Assembly (NCBI GenBank): GCA_045627925.1 | Contig: JAZQOS010000021.1 | Coordinates: 75,469-139,468 of the forward strand | DNA: 64,000 nt | Reading direction: 5' to 3' | Source: Kiritimatiellia bacterium | Lineage (GTDB): Bacteria; Verrucomicrobiota; Kiritimatiellia; RFP12; UBA1067 | Shown: positions 34,501-44,533 of the stretch, in pieces | How positions within the stretch are numbered: position 1 is the stretch's first letter | Layout of the letters: every line of letters begins with the position of its first letter | Notes under the pieces: model-generated | Database searches by the model: none | Told to the model about the DNA's origin: nothing | The model's input: only the letters and a program-made list of their open reading frames with translations | Position numbers and translations under genes: made by a program

Positions 34501-34687
34501 CCACGGTATTCGCGATTTCGTCCGCGGAAGCACCGGCGTAAAACGTCGAAACTTCGATTTGGGGCGGCGCCACCGTCGGATATTCCGAAAGCGGCAACCT
34601 GAACGCGCAAAGAACTCCCGCTAAAAAGAGCGCAATTGAAATCACCGCCGCCGTTTTCGGCCGACGAATAAAAAGCAGCGAAAGCAT
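31592..34687 (-). CDS. Efflux RND transporter permease (AcrB/MexB family)
   Basis: 1031 aa; 12-TM architecture with two large periplasmic loops; N-terminus MLSLLFIRRPKTAAVISIALFLAG. Confidence 0.9.
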   Translation of the reverse strand: MLSLLFIRRPKTAAVISIALFLAGVLCAFRLPLSEYPTVAPPQIEVSTFYAGASADEIANTVAAPIESQINSVEDLIYFDSKSDNSGNYTLTVTFKPGADENMALVNVNNAVKLVEPKLPAEVKANGVTVAKKSPDMLCAIALYSTNTKHSAVELSTFADLRIKDTLTRIDGVGSVGIFGEAKRSMRCWLDPEMMRAMGISIDEVKRAIASQNLQAAAGAVGTEGAGEMLQYKILADGRLKTAEEFGNIVVRNSADGMRQVRLHDIARIELGSEHYNNTFKFNGHTGVMVAIFMLNHGNALNIFDQAMEVMKSVEPAMDEGMQWAVAFDTTAFVRASMEEIVETLLETFLLVVLITWIFLQSWRATLVPMVAIPVSLMGTFLFLSLCGISINTLSMFALILVIGSVVDDAICVTESCMAKLDQGLTAMDAAISTMKEISGALVATTLVVVAVYAPIGFAQGMVGTIYLQFSITMCVALCLSTVCALTLSCAMGARVLAKPPTPKGFFKVFNLVFDRFRDFATGCSKAMIKAMPITVAVFVAIVAAAVWLFKSIPTEFIANEDKGLMFVEVTLPPGTVISRTSEVIDELARRISAMDEVKSVGAVCGRSMTSGAGENLGFLPTMLKPWNERPGEEHSVFAVQKRIMALAAGIAEAKVMVLVPPPIAGLGNAGGVSFLLQAANGQSYAELARASQELAGRLVNSGKVLYAFPTFEASTPLIKFRLDRQLAEQMGVKVSDVFTALQGQLGSYYVNDFNLDGKNYQVNIQADLENRATVNQLANLHVTGAKGAQVPILSIGNFDWTVGPRQVERFNLFTSAFFQSQPARGTSSGELMREIERQVKEMGPEWQVAFTDLSFQERQNEGEIAWMLILSVLMAYLFLVGQYESWTVPVPVMLCVIVSLFGGLLGIKLSGVAMNIYCQLGVLMLIGITAKSAILIAEYAMQKEEQGVGLVDAAVDGMKQRFRSVQMTAISFVIGVLPLLTATGAGANARHAVGVATFYGMLTATLIGMLFVPPLYVLFRRFVGKRRSST

Positions 34688-34688
34688 T

Positions 34689-35768
34689 TTACTCGATCTC
34701 CTTCACCGACGCTCCATCGCGCAGCTTGTGGACGCCGGCGACGACGAACGAATCCTCGGCCGAGAGCCCCGACTCAACCATCAACCGGTCGCCGACCTGT
34801 TCGCCGAGCGTCACCTTGCGCTTCGCGGCCTTGCCGCCATCGACGACGTAGACGTAACGCGCATCGCCCTCGAACACCACCGCCGAAAGCGGCACGAACA
34901 GCCGCGGCTCGTCGTAATACGCGGTCATCAGCAATTTCACATAGGCGCCGGGGTTGAGCGATCCGTCGTGGTTGTCGCAGCGGAAGCGCACCGTCATCGT
35001 TCCGGTCGCGGAGTCGATCTTGTTGTCCTTCGCGTGAAGCTTCAGCTCGACATCGCACTCGCGCCCGTCCGAACGAAGCATTCGAACGTGCGCGTTCTTC
35101 CTGACATTGCGCTTCTCGAACGCCCAAAAAAGGCGCGGCTCGGGAATCGCGACGACTACGTCGATCGGGTCGTTGCAAATAACGTCGCGCAAGGTTCCGC
35201 TCTCCGGCCCCACATTGTTGCCGACGTCGTACTCGTACTTGCCGAGAACGCCGTCGATGGGACTCGTAATCGTACAATAGGAAAGATCGTTCTCACAAAG
35301 CGCGACCTTCGCCTGCGCCGCTTCGAGTTCCGCCCGCGCAACATCGCGCGCAAGGATTACCTTGTCGCGCTCGCTTTTGGAAACGCCGCCCTTCGCCTCG
35401 CCGACGGAATAACGCTCCGCCTCGATCTCGGCGAGCCGCAACTTGGCGGCAAGCTCTGCCTCCGCAGCCTTCGCCGTCTTCAGATTGGCCTTGTAGATCG
35501 TGTCCTCGATGCGATAGAGAACGTCGCCCTTCTTGACGCTTTTGCCCTCTTCGCCGTTGCGCTCCCACAAGGTACCGACGACTCGCGCCGAAATCCGCAC
35601 TTCATGCGAGCCAACGAGCCGCCCAACGGCGACGAAGGGCTCGCTTTCGTTCACCACTTCCGCTTTCGCGGTTTTTACGGCAGCCGGTCCCTGCGGTCCG
35701 ACGGGTCCGGCGGCGAAAGTCGAAAGCGCTCCCATAAGCACTATGCTTGCAGTCATGAGTTTCTTCAT
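34689..35768 (-). CDS. Efflux RND periplasmic adaptor (membrane fusion protein)
   Basis: 359 aa; signal peptide; coiled-coil hairpin (AELAAKLRLAEIEAERY) plus beta-barrel domains; sits immediately upstream of the permease. Confidence 0.85.
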   Translation of the reverse strand: MKKLMTASIVLMGALSTFAAGPVGPQGPAAVKTAKAEVVNESEPFVAVGRLVGSHEVRISARVVGTLWERNGEEGKSVKKGDVLYRIEDTIYKANLKTAKAAEAELAAKLRLAEIEAERYSVGEAKGGVSKSERDKVILARDVARAELEAAQAKVALCENDLSYCTITSPIDGVLGKYEYDVGNNVGPESGTLRDVICNDPIDVVVAIPEPRLFWAFEKRNVRKNAHVRMLRSDGRECDVELKLHAKDNKIDSATGTMTVRFRCDNHDGSLNPGAYVKLLMTAYYDEPRLFVPLSAVVFEGDARYVYVVDGGKAAKRKVTLGEQVGDRLMVESGLSAEDSFVVAGVHKLRDGASVKEIE

Positions 35769-35787
35769 CGCGTTACCTTCCTTAATC

Positions 35788-36537
35788 TTATATCTTCGCG
35801 AAATCCGGCTCGCACCATTCCTCGGCGCGGGCGAAGCGGTCGAAAGCGACGTCCAGACCGCTGACGGAGTGGGCGTCGGAGGAAAGGACGAACTTCGCTC
35901 CCGCCTCGCGCAGGCGATCGCGAAACGCCCGCGAAGGATAGGCGTCGTCGATCCAACCGCGCGCGATGGCGCCGGTGTTGACCTCGACGAGCTTCCCGCT
36001 CGCCGCCTCGGCCGTACGGTCGAGCTCCTTCAGATACCAAGCGGCGTTTTCGTCGAAATAAGGCGCGGCGCGATTGAACTTGCGAACGAGGTCGAGGTGG
36101 CCCGCGATATCGAAATCGAACGCCGAAAGCATCTCGCGCTCCCGCTCGAAGTAGCGCTCGACAAACGAGCGGGCGTTACCGCCGAAATGCTTCGCGATTC
36201 CCTCCGCCAGCTCCTCCGGCGAAGCGTCCACCGAAACGCGCGCGCCGTCGGCCGCTTCGACGTAATGCACCGAGCCGATGACGTAGTCGTAGCCCGCGCG
36301 GTCGAAGTCCTTCGCGTACTCCGCCTCAACGCCGCAAAAGACCTTGATTGCGTTCGCGTACTTCCCGGAACAAGCGCGCACTTCCTCGCGATACGCCGCC
36401 GGATCCTTCAGCATGTCCGAGTGCGAGGAAAACCCGAGCTTCGAGAAGCCGCGCGCAATCGCGCCCTCGATCATCGCCGCTACCGAGGCGTCGCCGTCGC
36501 ACCAGACGGTATGGGTGTGGTAATTGGTTTTCGCCAT
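35788..36537 (-). CDS. PHP-family (histidinol-phosphatase-like) metal-dependent phosphoesterase
   Basis: N-terminal NYHTHTVWCDG and SSHSD motifs; 249 aa. Confidence 0.7.
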   Translation of the reverse strand: MAKTNYHTHTVWCDGDASVAAMIEGAIARGFSKLGFSSHSDMLKDPAAYREEVRACSGKYANAIKVFCGVEAEYAKDFDRAGYDYVIGSVHYVEAADGARVSVDASPEELAEGIAKHFGGNARSFVERYFEREREMLSAFDFDIAGHLDLVRKFNRAAPYFDENAAWYLKELDRTAEAASGKLVEVNTGAIARGWIDDAYPSRAFRDRLREAGAKFVLSSDAHSVSGLDVAFDRFARAEEWCEPDFAKI

Positions 36538-36542
36538 CCGCC

Positions 36543-36553
36543 GTATTATACCA
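36543..36553 (-). promoter_or_regulatory. Extended -10 (TGGTATAATAC) 7 nt upstream of the PHP phosphatase ATG (leaderless)
   Basis: Reverse complement TTTGGTATAATACGGCGGATG. Confidence 0.45.
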
Positions 36554-36586
36554 AAAAAGCAAGGAGCCGACGAAACCGTCGACTCC
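36553..36586 (-). terminator. Intrinsic terminator downstream of rplL
   Basis: Minus-strand GGAGTCGACG-GTTT-CGTCGGCTCC hairpin followed by TTGCTTTTTTGG, 27 nt after the rplL stop. Confidence 0.6.
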
Positions 36587-36612
36587 CGCTTTGAAGTAAT
36601 CTCGAGAGGAAA

Positions 36613-36978
36613 TTACTTGATTTCGACCTTGGCGCCGGCCTTTTCGAGCTGCTCCTTGATCTTCTGAGCGTCTTCCTTGGAAGCGCCTTCTTTGACCTTC
36701 TTGGGAGCGCCATCGACCATGTCCTTGGCATCCTTGAGGCCGAGACCCGTGATTGCGCGGACTTCCTTGATGACCGCGATCTTGTTCGCACCCGCATCCG
36801 CGAGGATGACGTCGAACTGGGTCTTTTCCTCGGCGGCACCGCCACCGGCGGCAGGACCCGCGACGGCGACGGCAGCGGCGGGGGAAACGCCCCACGCTTC
36901 CTCGAGCGCCTTGACGAGTTCGTTGATCTCGAGAACGGTCTTGCCCGAGAGTTCCTTGATGATTTCTTCGTTAGTCAT
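36613..36978 (-). CDS. rplL: 50S ribosomal protein L7/L12
   Basis: 121 aa; [27 protein letters not shown]...[10 protein letters not shown]. Confidence 0.95.
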   Translation of the reverse strand: MTNEEIIKELSGKTVLEINELVKALEEAWGVSPAAAVAVAGPAAGGGAAEEKTQFDVILADAGANKIAVIKEVRAITGLGLKDAKDMVDGAPKKVKEGASKEDAQKIKEQLEKAGAKVEIK

Positions 36979-37034
36979 TTTCTTGTTTCCTTTTTAGTTC
37001 AACCAACGTCGTGTTTCATACGTTGGAAATTTGT

Positions 37035-37595
37035 TTACGCTTGCGCGGGAGCGGGAGCTTCCGCTGCGGGGGCCGCGTCGCTGCCTGCGGCTGTCTCGCC
37101 TGCCGGCTCGGCGGTTCCCTTCTTCGCCTTCTCGGAGAGGACGCGCGCGAGACGAGTCGCCGGCTCCTTGAGGAGCATAAGCAACGTCGCCCGGAGCTCG
37201 TTCTTGCCGGGAATCTTCGAGAGTGCCTCGACCATGCTCGCGTCCACGATCTTGTTGTCGTAGTCCGCGCCCTTGACCGAAGCCCGTCCGGCGGAGGCCT
37301 TGACGAATTCCATCACGGCCTTCGCGACCGCAGTGGGCTCACCCCTGCCGGTGACGACCGCAGTCGGACCGGAGAACATCGCGTTCACCTCGTCGCTCCA
37401 ACCCTTCTCCTTCGCGACCTTCGCGAGGTAGGAGTTCTTCACGACGAGCAAACGGCTCTCGCACGCACGGAGATCCGCGCGAAGCTTCGCCATCTGCGCG
37501 ACGCCGACGCCGCCGTAGTTGACGATGAAGCAGTAGTCCGAGTCCTTGACGCGGGCGATGACTTCATCAAGAATGGCAATCTTTTCAATTCTCAT
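37035..37595 (-). CDS. rplJ: 50S ribosomal protein L10
   Basis: ATG at 37595 with GAAAGAGGTG RBS; MRIEKIAILDEV... Confidence 0.9.
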   Translation of the reverse strand: MRIEKIAILDEVIARVKDSDYCFIVNYGGVGVAQMAKLRADLRACESRLLVVKNSYLAKVAKEKGWSDEVNAMFSGPTAVVTGRGEPTAVAKAVMEFVKASAGRASVKGADYDNKIVDASMVEALSKIPGKNELRATLLMLLKEPATRLARVLSEKAKKGTAEPAGETAAGSDAAPAAEAPAPAQA

Positions 37596-37611
37596 GATAT
37601 CACCTCTTTCC

Positions 37612-38307
37612 TTATTCCGCGCTGTCGGACACGACCACCGGGACGCCGACGCCCATAGTGGAGGCAATCGTCATCGACTTGATGAAAACGCCCTTGACCG
37701 AAGCGGGCTTCGCCGCCTGAACGGCCGAGAGTACCGCCTTGATGTTCTGGGCGAGCGCCGCTTCCTCGAAACTGCGCTTGCCGGCGACGACCGCCATATT
37801 GCCGGTCTTGTCCATGCGGAACTCGACCTTGCCGCCCTTCGCCTCCTTGACCGCAGTCGCCGTATCGTCGGTAACCGTTCCGGTCTTGGGGTTGGGCATG
37901 AGGCCGCGCGGACCGAGAACGCGAGCGCACTTGCGGACTTCCTTCATCGCTTCGACCGTCGCGATGGCGGCGTCGAAATCGCACCAGCCCTCCTTGACGA
38001 CCTTCTCGATGAGATCCGCCATACCCACGTAGTCGGCTCCCGCCGCCTTCGCCGCCTCCGCCTGCTCGCCGCCCGCGAACACCGCGACGCGAACCTTCTT
38101 GCCCGAGCCGTTGGGGAGCTTGACGATGCCGCGCACCGCCGTATCTCCCTTGGTAAGCTCGCTGCCGAGATGGAAATAGACATCGACCGTCTCGTCGAAC
38201 TTGGCGCCGGGGTTCGCCTTGTCGAACTTCACCGCCGACTCGATCGAAACCCCCTTCTGGGGCGCCTTCTTCAGCGCGTTGAAATACTTCTTGCCGTGAC
38301 GACTCAT
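37612..38307 (-). CDS. rplA: 50S ribosomal protein L1
   Basis: 231 aa; MSRHGKKY..., [15 protein letters not shown]. Confidence 0.95.
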   Translation of the reverse strand: MSRHGKKYFNALKKAPQKGVSIESAVKFDKANPGAKFDETVDVYFHLGSELTKGDTAVRGIVKLPNGSGKKVRVAVFAGGEQAEAAKAAGADYVGMADLIEKVVKEGWCDFDAAIATVEAMKEVRKCARVLGPRGLMPNPKTGTVTDDTATAVKEAKGGKVEFRMDKTGNMAVVAGKRSFEEAALAQNIKAVLSAVQAAKPASVKGVFIKSMTIASTMGVGVPVVVSDSAE

Positions 38308-38729
38308 TCGACCACCTCGATTCCCATATTGCGCGCCGTGCCCGCGATCATCTTGACCGCCTGCTCGGGATCGCTGGTATTGAGATCGGCCTTCTTCATC
38401 TCCACAATCTTGAGGAGCTGGGCCTTGGTGACCTTGCCGACCTTGTTCTTGTTGGGAACGCCGCTGCCCTTGGCGAGACCCGCCTCCTTCTTGAGGAGCG
38501 TGGACGCCGGCGGCGACTTGAACTGCAGCGAGAAGCTGCGGTCCTGGTAGACCGTGATGATCACGGGGATGACGAGGCCCGCGTCCTTCGCGGTCTTCGC
38601 ATTGAACTCCTTGCAGAACTGCATGATGTTCACGCCAGCGCTGCCGAGAGCCGGTCCCACCGGTGGCGCGGGATTCGCCGCCCCCGCCGGGATCTGGAGT
38701 TTCACAACTCCGGTTACCTTCTTGGCCAT
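38304..38729 (-). CDS. rplK: 50S ribosomal protein L11
   Basis: 141 aa; [29 protein letters not shown]. Confidence 0.95.
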   Translation of the reverse strand: MAKKVTGVVKLQIPAGAANPAPPVGPALGSAGVNIMQFCKEFNAKTAKDAGLVIPVIITVYQDRSFSLQFKSPPASTLLKKEAGLAKGSGVPNKNKVGKVTKAQLLKIVEMKKADLNTSDPEQAVKMIAGTARNMGIEVVE

Positions 38730-38804
38730 TTTGACCTTCTTTCCTTTTCGTGCGGCTCCTCCCGGGGATCCTTCCCGGTGTTAACGGACCGCAAAACCTG
38801 CCGA

Positions 38805-39413
38805 CTACCGCTTAAGACTTTCGAAAGTCTCCTCGATGGCGACCTTCTCGACCTGCCAGTATTCGACGTCGACCGGGACCTTGCGACCGAAGACTTGAAC
38901 TTCGACCTTGAGTTTGCCCTTGTCGGGATCCACCATGCTGACCTGGCCCGTCAAACCCATGAACGCGCCGTCAACAATCTTCACCGTCTCCTCGACGGAG
39001 AAATTCACCTTGGGTCTCGCGACGTCCGGGGCGCCCGCGGGCTTGTCCAGGAGAATCGCGTCGATTTCCGCCTTCTTGAGCGGCTGGGGCCGATCGCCCC
39101 CCACAAATCCAATGACTCCCGGCGTTTCCCGAAGGAACTGCCAGGTGCGCTCGTAAATCGCGCGCCGTCCGTTATCGTCAACTCCGCGCGCTTCATCGTA
39201 GAGCGCAAGCTCGCAAAGAACGTAACCGGGGAAGAACTTCTTCACGAGCGTGCGCTTCTTGCCGTTCTTCTTCTCGGTCACGCGCTCGGTCGGGATGATG
39301 CACTTGCCGACGTAGTCTTCCATCCGCTCGAGTTTGACTCGAGCTTCAATCGACTTCTGGGCCTTCTGTTCCTGACCCGTCAGCGTGTGCAAAACAAACC
39401 ACTGCTTGTCCAT
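38805..39413 (-). CDS. nusG: Transcription termination/antitermination factor NusG
   Basis: ATG at 39413 (MDKQWFVLHTLTGQE); KOW motif region. Confidence 0.9.
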   Translation of the reverse strand: MDKQWFVLHTLTGQEQKAQKSIEARVKLERMEDYVGKCIIPTERVTEKKNGKKRTLVKKFFPGYVLCELALYDEARGVDDNGRRAIYERTWQFLRETPGVIGFVGGDRPQPLKKAEIDAILLDKPAGAPDVARPKVNFSVEETVKIVDGAFMGLTGQVSMVDPDKGKLKVEVQVFGRKVPVDVEYWQVEKVAIEETFESLKR

Positions 39414-39430
39414 CTTCCGCTCCTGAAAAA

Positions 39431-39628
39431 TCAAGCGCCCGTGTGCACCAGTTTAATGAAGCCCTCGATGACCTTGTCGCACACGAGCGTAGTCACCGCC
39501 AGGATGAAAATGAACGAGATAACGACCAAGGTCGATTCCCACAGTTCCCGCTTCGCCGGCCAGGTAACCCGCTTCGCCTCCGCGCCGACTCCGGTCAGAT
39601 AATCCTTGGTTTTCTTTACGATGTCCAT
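39431..39628 (-). CDS. secE: Preprotein translocase subunit SecE
   Basis: 65 aa; single TM; KRVTWPAKRELWESTLVVISFIFILA. Confidence 0.85.
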   Translation of the reverse strand: MDIVKKTKDYLTGVGAEAKRVTWPAKRELWESTLVVISFIFILAVTTLVCDKVIEGFIKLVHTGA

Positions 39629-39663
39629 CTTCCTAATTCTCCGATTTCGCTTCGCTTCTCTCT

Positions 39664-39737
39664 TGGCAGGGTAGGAGGGAATCGAACCCCCATAGGCGGT
39701 TTTGGAGACCGCTGCACTGCCATTGTGCTACTACCCT
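39664..39737 (-). tRNA. tRNA-Trp (anticodon CCA)
   Basis: Reverse complement AGGGTAGTAGCACAATGGCAGTGCAGCGGTCTCCAAAACCGC...GGTTCGATTCCCTCCTACCCTGCCA forms a cloverleaf. Confidence 0.8.
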
Positions 39738-39757
39738 AATGAAAGGGTCGAAGGAAC

Positions 39758-39907
39758 TTACTTGGTTTCCTTGTGGGCAGTGCGTTTGCGGCAAGCCGGG
39801 CAGTATTTCACCTTCTCCAAACGCTCCGTAGTCGTCTTCTTGTTACGGGTCGTGGTGTAATTCCTGCGCTTGCACTCTCCGCACGCCAAAATCGCGAGTT
39901 CTCGCAT
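39758..39907 (-). CDS. rpmG: 50S ribosomal protein L33
   Basis: 49 aa; [49 protein letters not shown] with a C4 zinc ribbon. Confidence 0.85.
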   Translation of the reverse strand: MRELAILACGECKRRNYTTTRNKKTTTERLEKVKYCPACRKRTAHKETK

Positions 39908-39993
39908 TTTCTCTTTTCCCTTCGAACCTTGCTTGGGAGATATAGCCCGGCCGGCCCTATCCGGCCGGGCATCTCACAGAAGGTTCTACCTTT

Positions 39994-41205
<1,212 letters not shown>

Positions 41206-41256
41206 TGCTAATGTACTCCTGTGAGTTGTTGTTCTTGTTTTGTCCACGCCCCGACC

Positions 41257-41333
<77 letters not shown>

Positions 41334-41355
41334 TCATATCGAGACGAAAACTCGC

Positions 41356-41368
41356 GTATTATATCACA
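41356..41368 (-). promoter_or_regulatory. Extended -10 (TGTGATATAATAC) for the tRNA-Thr/tuf transcript, overlapping the last codons of the upstream ATPase gene
   Basis: Reverse complement CACAAGTTTGTGATATAATACGCGAG. Confidence 0.4.
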
Positions 41369-42702
41369 AACTTGTGAATTTGCGCAAGGGGGTAATTAAA
41401 ACGGGAGGCGAGATACAACGGGATGTTCACAAACGCACCATCCTGTTTCAAATTACGTTCCGAAAAGCGAATCGCATAACGCGGATGCCGCGTGTTGACG
41501 AATGTCTTGAACGAGGCCGACTTTTTATCCTTCCCCGCCTTGACTTCCACCGGTACTGCAACGGAATCGTGCTGCAAAACAAAATCAATCTCCCTGTTCG
41601 CCCGTTTCGCGTAATAGTGAACCGCGCCTTCCACTTGCCCGGATAGCTGTTGTAGCACATAGTTCTCGACGAACCGACCCTTGAACGGAAAATCCCTGTC
41701 CAGCGCCAGCGACTCGGTGCTCACGCCAGCCACCGATCGCAGCATACCGATGTCGTTCAGATAAAGTTTGAAGGCGTTGCGCACCTCGTAGGCGGCCAAA
41801 GGATAGGCTATCTCCCCGACGTTGTAGATCCGCCGCACCATCCGAGCGGACACCAGCCACTCAATCGCCTCTTCGTATCCGCGGCCACGCGCCCCTTCCC
41901 GCAACGCCCCGTAGATGAACTTGCTGTTTTCCTTCGCCAGTTGCGGCACCACCGATCTGAGAACGACAAGAATCTTGGCGGCGTCGATTTCTCCATTGTA
42001 CTTCACGATGTCGTTCTCGTACAATGCGACAAGATCCTCCTGCAACTTCGCCACGCGCGACGGATCCTCGTTGGCAATGTAATTCGCGACAACCTCCGGC
42101 ATGCCGCCAACCATCAGATAAAGACGATATTCATCCGTCAGCTTGCGGTGAAACACATCCGGTATCGGCTCGACACCACGAATGGACAAGAAATACTCCC
42201 AAAGCGACTCGTTTCTCGCTCGCAGAAATTCCGAGAAGGAAATCGGTTCGACATTCATAAGCTCGACCTTGCCGACCGGATAGGTCTGCGGCAGCTCATG
42301 CGAACCGCGCGTTCGACGCAACTTAACCCCCAGCAAACTTCCCGCCGCAAGAATCGCCAGTTGCGGGCATTTCTCGCAAAAGTACTTCAGGCAGTTCAAT
42401 GCATTCCCGCATTCCTGAATCTCATCGAAGATAACCACATCCCGTGCAATGTCAATCTTCGCGCCACTAATGGCCGAAAGTCGGGTCAAAATGGATGATG
42501 GATCCTTGGTTCCCTCGAAAACCGATGCCAAATCCGGCGTATCGTCAAAGTTAAATTCATGAACACGGGCAAAGTGCTTCCGACCAAAATCACGCATCAG
42601 CCATGTCTTGCCAACCTGCCGCGCTCCCATTAAAACCAACGGCTTACGATCTAAACGATCTTTCCAAGCCAAAATATCTTCTTCAACAAGCCTTTTCATC
42701 AT
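41359..42702 (-). CDS. AAA-family ATP-binding protein with DUF4143-like C-terminus (paralogue 2)
   Basis: Walker A GARQVGKTW; Walker B VVIFDEIQ; 447 aa. Confidence 0.7.
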   Translation of the reverse strand: MMKRLVEEDILAWKDRLDRKPLVLMGARQVGKTWLMRDFGRKHFARVHEFNFDDTPDLASVFEGTKDPSSILTRLSAISGAKIDIARDVVIFDEIQECGNALNCLKYFCEKCPQLAILAAGSLLGVKLRRTRGSHELPQTYPVGKVELMNVEPISFSEFLRARNESLWEYFLSIRGVEPIPDVFHRKLTDEYRLYLMVGGMPEVVANYIANEDPSRVAKLQEDLVALYENDIVKYNGEIDAAKILVVLRSVVPQLAKENSKFIYGALREGARGRGYEEAIEWLVSARMVRRIYNVGEIAYPLAAYEVRNAFKLYLNDIGMLRSVAGVSTESLALDRDFPFKGRFVENYVLQQLSGQVEGAVHYYAKRANREIDFVLQHDSVAVPVEVKAGKDKKSASFKTFVNTRHPRYAIRFSERNLKQDGAFVNIPLYLASRFNYPLAQIHKFVI

Positions 42703-42771
42703 ATATCTCCCTTACGAGAGATATTATAGCACATTTTTGTCAGAAATTAAGCGCGACTTTGCACACTTTTG

Positions 42772-44172
42772 TCACTTTACCGTAATAACCGGTGCCTTGC
42801 GGGACTTTCCAAGCTGGATAAGCGGATCGCCGAAAAGCATTTCCTCGACGATGGCAGACTGGATATACGGGAGATCTTCTTCGACGTTGCAGCCGCGCTT
42901 TTCAATCTCCGCCTGCTGATTGGCACCGTAGATGATTCCCACATAAGTCGAGATCGCGTACTTCCACGCTTCTCCAGCCGTCTTGCCATCCCGAACATAC
43001 GCATCAAGCGTATAATCCAACATTTCGTCCGAGATTCCGCAATAACGCTTGGCAAAGCTTGTCTCCGCACTTTGTCCATACGAAGCATTGCCAATTGCCA
43101 CCAATGCCCCACCATTGGGATTGGAAATCGCGGTTTCAGCAACCGATGAATAATCAAAATTATTTACCGAACCGCCAAAGCATGGTGCATTGCAAGCAAA
43201 AAACTTAATAAGCCCAACATTATTGCCAAAAAATCCGGTTGAAAGAAAACTTATGCCTTCTAATGTTCCATGATCATACGGCATGAACATTTCCCAGTCC
43301 TCGCCCAAGATGCACTCTTTCATTGGAATAGTGTCATCTTCCTTATAGTCCTTCTTAAGGTTGGCAAGATAGGTTATTGAAGAAGGCCGCGCCGCCTTGA
43401 TAGCCGTATTAAGCCGAAGATTCATCGTATAATAGGTATCGGGATTGCCGTCCTTATCATACATCGAGCCTGTCATCTTCGCCTGTCCCGAAAGCCCCGC
43501 AAAGCGATTGTTGCCATCAAAACTTGCGCTCTCGCCACGTACCAATTTATTTACGTATGCCCGAACAAGCTCTTCGTATGTAGGAATGCTGCCATCGGAC
43601 TTTTGGACATATTCGCTTGGACGAAAATCCATTCGCGAAACAATGCACTTGGGCATCAGCGAATCCTTAGTTGAAAGCTCCCCCACTCCGCAATATTCAC
43701 CATCGCTATTGGGATCCCAATTGGCAGGACACGCAAAATAAAGATCAGATGGATACTGATCAAAATACTTAGCACTACTTTTTGCTTTAACTGGATAAGC
43801 GGTAATTCCCGGAATTGCATTATCGACCGTCAGCGTTACTCCCTGTACTGTCGCAGCCGTTGCTTGTACATCAAACCACATCCCACCCAAGACAAAATAT
43901 TTTGTTCCCGTTTGAGTCGCGGCGTTAATATACGCCTTAATCGACTCGGCCGCGTTGCGATAGTCCTTCCCTTCGCCATATTGATACGTTGCGTAGATCT
44001 CTTCCGCACTCTTCACCGCGAAGGTAACATTCGGGTGCGCTTTTTGGCGCTCGCCAATGTACCACGTCCAAAGCTCGACATAGTTCTTCGGCGCGATGAC
44101 GACATAGTCGGCGGCGGCGAACGCGAGATAAGCGAAAACAATTCCAAGCGAAGCAATTAAGATCTTTTTCAT
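42772..44172 (-). CDS. Secreted C25 (gingipain-like) cysteine peptidase homologue, short form (~466 aa); C-terminal tail KAPVITVK
   Basis: ATG at 44172 (the track starts at the TTG at 44181). Signal peptide. YFVLGGMWFDV (compare gingipain YVLLIGD); putative dyad PYDHGTLEG (His) and FACNAPCFGG (Cys); LFGDPLIQL end motif. Alignable to residues ~230-720 of the 3099-aa protein. Confidence 0.6.
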   Translation of the reverse strand: MKKILIASLGIVFAYLAFAAADYVVIAPKNYVELWTWYIGERQKAHPNVTFAVKSAEEIYATYQYGEGKDYRNAAESIKAYINAATQTGTKYFVLGGMWFDVQATAATVQGVTLTVDNAIPGITAYPVKAKSSAKYFDQYPSDLYFACPANWDPNSDGEYCGVGELSTKDSLMPKCIVSRMDFRPSEYVQKSDGSIPTYEELVRAYVNKLVRGESASFDGNNRFAGLSGQAKMTGSMYDKDGNPDTYYTMNLRLNTAIKAARPSSITYLANLKKDYKEDDTIPMKECILGEDWEMFMPYDHGTLEGISFLSTGFFGNNVGLIKFFACNAPCFGGSVNNFDYSSVAETAISNPNGGALVAIGNASYGQSAETSFAKRYCGISDEMLDYTLDAYVRDGKTAGEAWKYAISTYVGIIYGANQQAEIEKRGCNVEEDLPYIQSAIVEEMLFGDPLIQLGKSRKAPVITVK

Positions 44173-44182
44173 GGTAATCAAT

Positions 44183-44191
44183 ATTATATCA
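44183..44191 (-). promoter_or_regulatory. Extended -10 (TGATATAAT) 10 nt upstream of the C25-homologue ATG (leaderless)
   Basis: Reverse complement GGGTAAAAATGATATAATATTGATTACCATG. Confidence 0.4.
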
Positions 44192-44533
44192 TTTTTACCC
44201 GACTATGATGCGCTCTTAATCCCACCCGACAGAAACGCGGCAGAAATTACTCCGACTTTCGGGGTGTGTCCCCGCCCCCAGCCTATCGCCTCAATGGGGT
44301 CGCACCCCACTGTGGCCCCTCCTTTTTTGCCGGGACACACCCTCATTTTCGACTCTTCCGGGAGATGAATAAAATCGAAGGGTGTCTGGTCCGCTTTGCT
44401 ATCCCGGCTGCACGATCCTCTTGCGAGGAAGGGCTCCAGCTACTTCTCCGTGCCTCAGCTGTGTACTTCCGGAGGGTTGCCTTCGACGCCCATTATTCTA
44501 CCACACCAAACTTCTAAAAGGCAATAGCGCGCC

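Noticed and set aside
38730-38804. Possible L11/L1 autoregulatory leader between nusG and rplK
   Set aside because: I could not identify the L1-binding mimic structure by eye, so I left it uncalled.
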